Shown: positions 45,001 to 54,006 of the stretch, piece by piece | How the letters are laid out: each line of letters begins with the position of its first letter | Position numbering within the stretch: the stretch's first letter is position 1 | NCBI GenBank assembly: GCA_964016885.1 | Contig: OZ024740.1 | Coordinates: forward strand, 25,110,001-25,174,000 | Direction of reading: 5' to 3' | Source: Eledone cirrhosa | Taxonomy: Eukaryota | DNA length: 64,000 bases | Translations under genes and position numbers: made by a program | Notes under the pieces: model-generated | The model's input: the letters and a program-made list of their open reading frames with translations, nothing else | What the model was told of the DNA's origin: nothing | Database searches by the model: none

Positions 45001-47162
45001 TGTTGTGTGCGTGTACTGTGTATGTCGTGTGTGTAGGGTGTATGTTGTGTGTGTGTAGGGTTTATGTCGTGTGTGTGTAGGGTGTATGTTACGTGTGTGT
45101 AGGGTGTATGATGTGTGTATGTAGGGTATATGTTGTGTGTGTAGGGTATGTGTTTTGTGTGTGTAGGGTATATGTTGTGTGTGTAGGGTATATGTTGTGT
45201 GTGTGTATGGTGTATGTTGTGTTTGTAGGGTGTATGTTGTGTTTGTGTAGTGTGTATGTTGTCTGTGTGTGTGGGGTGCATGTTGTGTGTGTGTAGGGCG
45301 TATGTTGTGTGTGTAGGGTGTATGTTGTGTGTGTGTAGGATGTATGTTGTGTGTGTGTAGGGCGTATGTTGTGTGTGTAGGGTGTATGTTGTGTGTGTGT
45401 AGGATGTATGTTGTGTGTGTGTAGGGTGTATGTTGTGTGTGTAGTGTGTATGTTGTGTTTGCATGGTGTATGTTGTGTGTGTAGGGTGTATGTTGTGTGT
45501 GTATGGTGTATGTTGTGTGTGTGTGGGGTGTATGTTGTGTGTGTAGGGTATATGTTGTGTGTGTAGGTGTATGTTGTGTGTGTATGGTATATGTTGTGTG
45601 TGTGTAGGGTGTATGTTATGTGTGTAGGGTGTATGTTGTGTGTGTAGGGTGAATGTTGTGTGTGTGTAGGGTGTATGTTGTGTGTGTAGGGTGTATGTTG
45701 TGTGTGTGTGGGTTATATGTTGTGTGTGTGTGTAGGGTGTATGTTGTGTGTGTGTAGGGTGTATGTTATGTGTGTAGGGTGTATGTTGTGTGTGTAGGGT
45801 ATATGTTGTGTGTGTGTAGGGTGTATGTTATGTGTGTAGGGTGTATGTTGTGTGTGTAGGGTGTATGTTGTGTGTGTGTAGGGTGTATGTTGTGTGTGTG
45901 TAGGGTGTATGTTGTGTGTGTGTGGGGTGTATGTTGTGTGTGTAGGGTGTATGTTGTGTGTGTAGGGTATATGTTTGTGTGTGTGTAGGGTGTATGTTGT
46001 GTGTGTGTGGGGTGTATGTTGTGTGTGTAGTGTATATGTTGTGTGTGTATTGTATATGTTGTGTGTGTGTAGGGTGTATGTTGTGTGTGTAGGGTGTATG
46101 TTGTGTGTGTGTAGGGTGTATGTTGTGTGTGTGTAGGGTGTATGTTGTGTGTGTGTGGGGTGTATGTTGTGTGTGTAGGGTGTATGTTGTGTGTGTAGGG
46201 TATATGTTTGTGTGTGTGTAGGGTGTATGTTGTGTGTGTGTGGGGTGTATGTTGTGTGTGTAGTGTATATGTTGTGTGTGTATTGTATATGTTGTGTGTG
46301 TGTAGGGTGTATGTTGTGTGTGTAGGGTTTATGTTGTGTGTGTGTGGGGTGTATGTTGTGTGTGTGTAGGGTGTATGTTGTGTGTTTGTTTGGTGTATGT
46401 TGTGTGTGTGTAGGGTGTATGTTGTGTGTGTGTAGGGTGTATGTTGTGTGTGTGTAGGGTGTATGTTGTGTGTGTGTAGGGTGTATGCTGTGTGTGTGTA
46501 GGGTGTATGTTGTGTGTGTGTAGGGTGTATGTTGTGTGTGTGTAGGGTGTATGTTGTGTGTGTGTGTGGTGTATGTTGCGTGTGTGTAGGGTGTATGTTC
46601 TGTGTGTGTGGGGTGTATGTTGTGTGTGTGTAGGATGTATGTTGTGTGTGTGTAGGGTGTATGTTGTGTGTGTGTAGGGTGTATGTTGTGTGTGTAGGGT
46701 GTATGTTGTGTGTGTGTGGGGTGTATGTTGTGTGTGTGTGTGGTGTATGTTGTGTGTGTGTAGGGTGTATGCTGTGTGTGTGTAGGGTGTATGTTGTGTG
46801 TGTGGAGGGTGTATGTTGTGTGTGTGTAGGGTGTATGTTGTGTGTGTGTAGGGTGTATGCTGTGTGTGTGTAGGGTGTATGTTGTGTGTGTGTGTGGTGT
46901 ATGTTGTGTGTGTGTGGGGTGTATGTTGTGTGTGTGTAGGGTGTATGTTGTGTGTGTTTGGGGTGTATGCTGTGTGTGTGTAGGGTGTATGTTGTGTGTG
47001 TGCAGGGTGTATGTTGTGTGTGTGTGGGGTGTATGTTGTGTGTGTGTAGGGTGTATGTTGTGTGTGTGTAGGCTGTATGTTGTGTGTGTGTGGGGTGTAT
47101 GTTGTGTGTGTGTAGGGTGTATGTTGTGTGTGTGTAGGCTGTATGTTGTGTGTGTGTGGTGT
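1..47162. repeat. TG-rich tandem minisatellite/satellite array with 20-bp (TAGGGTGTATGTTGTGTGTG) and 22-bp (+TG) units and higher-order duplications; runs off the left edge of the window
   Basis: Continuous tandem units visible directly. The + strand is almost devoid of C. Recurrent variant units (e.g. GTTGCGCTTGTCGGG, TTTACAATG, GTTTCGGG) mark kb-scale duplications, and near-identical spurious ORFs recur at offsets of 3764, 3055, 4333 and 3316 bp. Confidence 0.99.
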
Positions 47163-47216
47163 TATATTAACTGAGGAGAATGGGAGTTGGTTTTGTTGGG
47201 TGGTAACGGTAATAAC

Positions 47217-47705
47217 GTAGATGATGATGTTGATGATGGTGACGATGCTGATGAGGGTGTTGAGGATGATGATGACGAAGAAGAAGAAGAAGAAGAAGAA
47301 GAAGAAGAAGAAGAAGAAGAAGAAGAAGAAGAAGAAGAAGAAGAAGAAGAAGAAGAAAAAGAAAAAGAAGAAGAAGAAGAAGAAGAAGAAGAAGAAGAAG
47401 AAGAAGAAGAAGAAGAAGAAGAAGAAGAAGAAGAAGAAGAAGAAAAAGATAACGATGATGATGACGATGATGATCATAATGATGATGATGGTGGGGAGGA
47501 GGAGGGGAATTTGGAGGCAGCAGGAAGACGACAACGATTTTAATGATGTTGATGATGATGATATTGATGATGATGATGATCAAAACGTTCATGAGTGGGC
47601 AGCATGTAGGAGAGGATAATACCAGCCATGAGGAAGCCGATGATTTTAACGTCGATGATGATGAAACTACCGATAGCGATGGTGGAATTGGTAATGAAGA
47701 AGAAG
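47217..47705. repeat. Degenerate (GAT)n low-complexity tract containing a nearly pure (GAA)n microsatellite (~47278-47445)
   Basis: Direct sequence. It yields poly-E, poly-K, poly-F and poly-L ORFs in different frames. Confidence 0.95.
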
Positions 47706-48164
47706 AAATACTTGCTCTGTGTTTGCGATGCTAATGTCTGTAATTCTTGGTGATCTTTAAAAACAGTTATTTTCGGCAAATGAATTTGACTTTACCATTT
47801 ACCATTATATTTACTTTTCACACACTGCTGTCTTCATATAGGAGCCAATTTTCAAGAGCTAATTCCTTGTCGTATACAGAACCGATTCTTCCGACCGAAA
47901 TAGAGGGAGAGAAAGAGAGAAGTAGAGAAGGGTGAATGAAAGTCTATATTGGAACTGTTCCAAACTCGACTTGACCTTTTAGATGTCAATTAATTGTTAC
48001 CGTTTTCACAATTTTATTTTCAATTTGCAGTCATGAATCCATTTGACACGAGCGAAATAAGTTGCCAATGACAATATAACTTAATAAAACTGTAGCAAAT
48101 TGAATTCTTGTATCCAGTTATTGAAAAATACTGCTACTGCTGCTGTAATAATACTAATACTAAT

Positions 48165-48352
48165 AGTTGTTTCTACTTTTGGCACAAGGCCAGCAATTAC
48201 CTCAGTGTATTACTGGTACTTTATTTTATGAACCCCCGTAAGGATGAAAGGCAAAGATAACCTCGGCGTGATTTGAACTCAGACCATAAAGAGCCGTAAC
48301 TCTATGCGGCAAAGCATGGCGTCTAACCCTCTACCGTACTGCCATTCCACTA
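48165..48352 (-). mobile_element. tRNA-derived SINE with a Meta-like central domain
   Basis: Minus strand has an A-box-like TGGCAGTACGG, B-box GAGTTCAAATC, then GCCTTTCATCCTTACGGGGGTTCATAAAATAAAGTACCAG and an (ATT/AGT)n tail. Same family as 57415-57610 and 60536-60637. Confidence 0.85.
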
Positions 48353-48924
48353 ATAATAGTAATAACAATGGGGTATTGGGTCTGGTAAACAAGGGAAGTG
48401 ACAAACTGTTGAATCATGCCTGGTAAACCTTGTATAAAAGAAATTAAAATAATTGTACTTACTAGCACTGCTCACGTTTAGCGAAGAGCATTGTCATTGT
48501 AATATTCGGAGGGCAAATCACGTGGTATCCATGGACAAAAAGAAGCCAGCGTTTGAAGGTATTCCAGTTTCCAAGCGTTTCCTCTCGGCATTTTCTTGAC
48601 TCAATACTGCAGTTCGACAGTGGCGTTGCGTTGGGGTAACACGTGTCTGTTCCCCACCAAAATATAACCGCTGGAGATGTAGCCACAACGAATTGTGTGA
48701 ATAATTAGCCATGGTAGGCCCAGTCCATCACTCAGTGGATGTTGACAGAAGATGGACCGTCAAAATATTTAGACGCGTTCTTTTTACAAAAAGCGAAAGT
48801 GTAGTGTGTGTGTGTGTGTGTGTGTGTGACAGCTTACACCTATGCAGGTTTATGTGGCCTCCTCCAAGATATATCTCGTTGGAGGTGTCTTGCGTGATTT
48901 AATGATATGGACCCCAGTCCTATC

Positions 48925-49068
48925 ATCTCATTTCTACCGCTGAGTAAACTGGAGCAACGTGAAATAAAGTGTCTTGCTCACGGAAACAACACATCACCCG
49001 TTACAAGAATTGAACTCACAACCTTTCAATTGCAAGCCCAATGCTCTACCCACTAAGCCATGCGCCTT
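48925..49068 (-). mobile_element. tRNA-derived SINE with a CORE-like domain (diverged); 3' boundary uncertain
   Basis: Minus strand GGCGCATGGCTTAGTGG (A box), GAGTTCAATTC (B box), then GTGAGCAAGACACTTTATTTCACGTTGCTCCAG, which resembles the CORE domain. Confidence 0.75.
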
Positions 49069-49409
49069 CAAGAGTTGGCCCTCTGGGGTAGTTAAACGTC
49101 GTCAAGAGGGAGTAGATACGTATTCGCTACCACCACATGAGCTTTCAGGGTGTAGTATCCTCTCAACACATATGTGGTTGAGAGCAGCAACACTGATAGT
49201 TAATTCATCCTATTTTCTGTTCACCTATTCCTAGTATAGCCATATTTGACGAAGAGGATGAAAAGGTGAGAAGTACCACTTACCTCATTCCTGTAGAGGA
49301 AGGACAACTGATCGGTCATTCCGAGAAATTGCGGGCACTTCCATAGCAAGGTCACTGCATAATTGATTAGTGCATGATACCCGCAATTACTCGACATTTA
49401 TGTTTGTGT

Positions 49410-49904
49410 AGGGAGGCTGATTTAAGAGCAAGAATTGCAGGAGCTGGTTCAGTAATGCGACAGGTTCAGCATTCGGTTATCTGTAGAAGGGGGGGGGTGT
49501 AAATGCCAAACGCGCATTATTCAATTCGGTATTCATGCCAACCCTTATTTATGGCCAAGCATCTTGTGGAATGACCGAAAGAATACGATTGCGAATACAA
49601 GCGCTCGAAATGGAGAAGGATATTCCATAGAGTGGGAGGTCGGAGATCAGGAAGTGGCCCCATGTAGAGCTGTTAGTTCTCTGAATTAAGGTATCACAGC
49701 GCTAATATTACCAGCCTGGACAGATTTTACGAACAAAACCAGCCGGGGGGAGACCCTGAGCGAGATGGATGGATAACATCCATGAACTTGACTGTTCTTT
49801 CTTGGGGATCCAGCCGGGTCAGATCGAATCGGTTGCTTCTGACAGGACCCGCTGGAAGCTGTGTTTGAGGGCTCCGCCACCACAACGCTCGGAAATAAGT
49901 GGGC
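49410..49904 (+). mobile_element. Degraded 3' fragment of an RTE-clade (Expander/Rex3-like) LINE ending in a (GAA)n tail
   Basis: Manual translation gives EADLRARIAGAGSVMRQVQHSVI...NAKRALFNSVFMPTLIYGQ...MTERIRLRIQALEM and GRP*ARWMDNI...VASDRTRWK, which are RTE RT C-terminal motifs with stops and frameshifts. Confidence 0.75.
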
Positions 49905-50030
49905 GAAGAAGAAGAAGAAGAAGAAGAAGAAGAAGAAGAAGAAGAAGAAGAAGAAGAAGAAGAAGAAGAAGAAGAAGAAGAAGAAGAAGAAGAAGAAGAA
50001 GAAGAAGAAGAAGAAGAAGAAGAAGAAGAA
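49905..50030. repeat. (GAA)n microsatellite, probably the expanded 3' tail of the preceding LINE
   Basis: Pure GAA run directly abutting the LINE C-terminus. Confidence 0.95.
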
Positions 50031-50506
50031 TTGGTGTGTGTGTATGTATGTATGTATATATATAGAGAGACAGAGAGAGAGAGATAGAGAGGGGGAGAGA
50101 CAGAGAAAGAGAGAGCGAAAGCGAGAAAGGTAGAGAGAGTATGTGTGTGTTAGGCAGTAGACAGTTGAAGGAAAATCTGTTACTGAGTTAAATCATTTGC
50201 TAGTTTCCATTAATTATGTATATTTCATCTATAAATGAAAAGTTCGAGGATGTTATGTGACAATTTCAAGTGAAACTCTTGCACAACTGAGGTCTAATAA
50301 GTGAGGAATGTCAGTCATTTTAAAGGTATAACAATATGTCCTTAGCTGAGTAGCGTCAGATGATATCACAACTCTATTGTTAATATGTCCTTGTCACAGT
50401 TTGGAAAATTATGAAGTCGTTAGCGACTAATGCTGTCAATTGGGGAACTTTAAACAGGCTTCCACGTCTCCACTCACGTGCACATACAGACATACACAAA
50501 CACACG

Positions 50507-50537
<31 letters not shown>

Positions 50538-50551
50538 TATATATATATATA

Positions 50552-50610
<59 letters not shown>

Positions 50611-50616
<6 letters not shown>

Positions 50617-50851
50617 ATTAAATAAATGGAAAACTATATTTATAAAACCATATTTATTTCATTATATATATTTCGGGGATATCATATTAACAATATGCTA
50701 TGCCTTCATCAGACAAAAATACAATATAAACAGTTTTATAGATAAATATATTCGACATACCGTAATAAACATCAACTTCATTTGAAGAGGTTTACGCTAG
50801 CAGTGAAAATACAGAGAGAAAGAAAGAGAGAAAGAAAAGAGGGAAAAAAAA
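50611..50851 (-). repeat. Inverted pseudo-LTR (left copy) of the Penelope-like element
   Basis: Reverse complement of 53312-53551, nearly identical (a 1-nt indel in an A/T run seen). Confidence 0.95.
50655..50721 (-). ncRNA. Type I hammerhead ribozyme motif (antisense copy in the inverted pLTR)
   Basis: Reverse complement of the 53442-53507 motif (TCATCAG at 50706-50712, TTTC at 50671-50674). Confidence 0.78.
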
Positions 50852-51950
50852 ATTACAAAATTTTTTAATTACTTTAACCTTAAAATAGAAATTGAGAACA
50901 ACCATAGAATAGTCAATTTCCTAGATATAACATTAAATCTCAACACATGTCTCCACTATCCTTTTCACAAGTTGAATGAAAATTTAAACTATGTCAACTT
51001 TAACTCTAACCACCCCAGATCTGTCAAAAACACTATAGTAAACTCAGTCCAAAAACGTATCTCTAGGATCTCGTCGAATAGAAAGATGTTTGACGAAAAG
51101 GCCCAATACTATAATGATGCACTAGCTAGGGCAGGGTATGCTGATAAGATTGTGTACATAGATAATGATAGACAAACTAAACAAAGTAACAACTTTTTTA
51201 ATTACGGCAACAACATTAACAACTATAATAGAAAGCATTACAATAATTCCAAAGGACAAAAAAGAAATAGAACTAGGAACATAATTTGGTTTGCCCCCCC
51301 CCCCTTTCTCACTAAACATTAAAACCCACATCGCTAAATTATTTTTCAAAGCTCTTGATAATCGCTTCCCTAGAACACATAGGTATCACTCAATCTTCAA
51401 TAGGCATACAATTAAATTAACCTACTCATCCACCAAAAATTTAGCACAAAATATTAATAGAATAAATAATAGGAACTTAAAACCTACTGATAATAGCATA
51501 AATAATATACAAGTTAACAAATGTAACTGTAGAGATAGATCTAAATGTCCGTTAAATAACAACTGCTTAGTTAAAAATATAGTATACAATTGTAATGTTA
51601 ATACTGACTCTAATTCTTTTAACTACGTCGGTTCCACATCGACGGAATTTAAACTTCGCTATAATAACCACAAGAATTCTTTCACAGATCCAAATAAAAA
51701 ATCTTCAAAGGCACTATCAGGGGTACTCTGGCAACTTAAGCTAGATAGCGTTAGATATTCGACGGCTTGGAATATAGTCTCAAGAGGGATTCCTTTTAAT
51801 TCATCCTCTGAGACATGTGACCTCTGCGCAGAGGAGATATTCTTTATACTAAAATCTAAAAATTCCCTTAACCTACGGACAAATTTATTCAGTTGTTGCA
51901 AACATAGATTAAACTCAACGTTTAAATATAAATTTAAATTTAAAATGTAG
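50852..51950 (+). pseudogene. C-terminal part of the Penelope-like RT/GIY-YIG ORF; one frameshift in a C11 homopolymer near 51294-51304
   Basis: Frame from 50852 reads ...IVNFLDITLNL...YPFHK...YVNFNSNHP...RISRISS...YNDALARAGY (PLE RT end and thumb), then RNIIWFAPP/FS...IFNRHTIKLTYS, the CNCRDRSKCPLNNNC linker, IVY...YVGST...FKLRYNNHKNSF (GIY-YIG), and CDLC...LNLR...CKH. Confidence 0.88.
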
Positions 51951-53056
51951 TATATTTAGTTTGATTTATATTTATATGAGAACTAGCCGATAAATCATTT
52001 GATTCCTAAATCTTTGATTCCTAAATCTTTGATTCCCTCTTTTTACTCTTTTTATTGTTTATTTTATTTTATTTATTTTTATTTTTATCTAAACATTCCT
52101 CATGAAAAATTAAGCTACCCTAAAAGCCGATGCTCCAAATCTTTTGAATTAACCTTACACTAGATAAACTTCTATATTAAATATAGGAACATATGTAGAC
52201 ATTATTGGACATCATAATCTTTTTGCGATATTCTTTGCTAGATGTGATTTGATAGATAATTTTTTGGCTTTGTCTTGTAATGAACTTGGCAATATATTGT
52301 CAATTAACTTTGAAGGGTTGTTCTTTGTGGTTTATTTTTATTTTCATTTTTATTTTTATTTTTATTTTTATTTTTATTTTTATTTTTATTCTTTTAGTAT
52401 TGTAGTATTCTATAATATTTTTATTTTTTATTTTATTTTTTATATTGTTATATGTAAATTTTTAATACGTAATATTTCTTAATACGTAGTATTTTTAATA
52501 TTTTTAATATGCAATATTTTTATTATGTAATATTCTTTCGTAATATTGTTTTAGTTTTCTATTCTATATTTTTATATATTTTTACTTATTATTATTATTA
52601 TTGTTATCTTTGTTTATAATATAATATATTATATAATATATATTTTCGATTAGTATATTGAAATCTGCTCTCTATTTCTGCTTGATAGATAATCTTGTAG
52701 AGTAATCGCAAGAATAATAATGCGCTCAAATTTTTATACCACATTGAGAATGTTTTCCGGTATCTTAGAGTTTGCGGAGGGAATCGGTTGGATTCACATT
52801 GATGTTTGTAGCTGTCACATAAACATGTGAATTTTTTAAAACTAAACATAAGATAATGAATTTTCACACATTGTGAATACTTGTTTCATTCAGGAATACT
52901 GATATTTGCAATATAGTGTAAGTTTTATAAATACTAATACATTAAAACATAGGGTTTTCTACGCCTCGAATATGTCTGGCTATTTTTAAATTTTTTTTTC
53001 TCTCTCTATATCTCTCTATATCTCTCTATATATCTCCCTTACATTAATACTTGAGC

Positions 53057-53091
<35 letters not shown>

Positions 53092-53311
53092 ATGTATCAT
53101 TGATACACTTACTCAAAATGACCTCCCACTACCTAATTTTCTATATATATATATGTATCTATCTCTATTTCCTCTCTCTCTATATATATATATATCTTTC
53201 TGTCTCTTTACATGAAGCTCTTCGCTTTATCTATTTTTCCATCTCTCTTTTTTGTCCCATGCATTTCTTCTTTTTCTTTTTCTTCTTTTTCTTCCTTTTC
53301 TTCGTTTTGTC

Positions 53312-53551
53312 TTTTTTTTCCCTCTTTTCTTTCTCTCTTTCTTTCTCTCTGTATTTTCACTGCTAGCGTAAACCTCTTCAAATGAAGTTGATGTTTATTA
53401 CGGTATGTCGAATATATTTATCTATAAAACTGTTTATATTGTATTTTGTCTGATGAAGGCATAGCATATTGTTAATATGATATCCCCGAAATATATATAA
53501 TGAAATAAATATGGTTTTATAAATATAGTTTTCCATTTATTTAATATTGTA
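53312..53551 (+). repeat. 3' pseudo-LTR (right copy) of the Penelope-like element
   Basis: Inverted repeat of 50611-50851; carries the sense-strand hammerhead. Confidence 0.95.
53442..53507 (+). ncRNA. Type I hammerhead ribozyme motif in the Penelope-like pLTR
   Basis: Stem I TATTTTGT/ATGAAATA (two G-U pairs), CTGATGA at 53450-53456, imperfect stem II GGCATAGCATATT-GTT-AATATGATATCCCC, GAAA at 53488-53491, palindromic stem III TATATA, predicted cleavage after UA (53499). Confidence 0.8.
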
Positions 53552-53635
53552 AATATACTCCAAATATTTGTCGAGTGCTTTTATATCAGTTATAAATATT
53601 TACTAGTTGTAACCCAACAATTTTAAATATAACTT

Positions 53636-53710
<75 letters not shown>

Positions 53711-54006
53711 TAAAGTATAGAAATTGTTGTGAGCGTGAAGCCAACAGTATGTCATAATATATATATATATACATATATATGTATATATATATATATATAT
53801 TATTATGTGTGTAGAAGTAAACACAGTAAACCCGTGTCTAAAATTACGAGGGTAGATTACACCACAAAGTTATATATCATTCAACCTGAATCATATGGGA
53901 TTTTACAAGATTTCTTACAAGATTTCTCATACATACTATATCAATAACCATTTAAGTGAATCTATATGAGTTATTAACTCTATATTTTTATTTGTATATA
54001 TATATA

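Larger units (their letters stand above)
50611..53640 (+). mobile_element. 5'-truncated Penelope-like retroelement (probably Naiad type) with an inverted 5' pseudo-LTR, inserted in (TA)n
   Basis: RT-thumb plus C-terminal GIY-YIG endonuclease ORF, ~240-bp inverted terminal repeats carrying hammerhead motifs, an ~90-bp tail, and (TA)n on both sides. Confidence 0.9.

Noticed and set aside
1-47162. CRISPR-like regular repeat spacing
   Set aside because: No unique spacers and no cas genes; this is a eukaryotic tandem repeat.
854-47174. Long His/Thr-rich minus-strand ORFs (up to 1025 aa) and Cys/Val-rich plus-strand ORFs
   Set aside because: The CA-rich strand of the unit has no stop codon in any frame. 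All frames give the same peptides and the 20/22-bp units do not preserve frame.
47167-47779. Acidic poly-E/D ORF or Ser-rich minus-strand exon
   Set aside because: Explained by (GAA)n/(GAT)n low complexity; frames break and there are no convincing splice signals or domains. An exon cannot be fully excluded without RNA-seq.
48711-48800. Possible LINE 3' remnant (VGPVHH...DRRWTVKI)
   Set aside because: Too short and degenerate to support.
48990-49068. tRNA gene on the minus strand
   Set aside because: A and B boxes are present but there is no acceptor-stem pairing, and it is followed by a SINE body.
51294-51304. Programmed frameshift between the RT thumb and the endonuclease
   Set aside because: PLEs normally have one ORF; slippage or sequencing error in the C11 homopolymer is the simpler explanation.
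51291-52060. Selenoprotein-type Naiad (in-frame UGA plus SECIS)
   Set aside because: All conserved Cys positions in the retained part are TGT/TGC, and the ATGA...AAA after the stop lacks a convincing SECIS helix.
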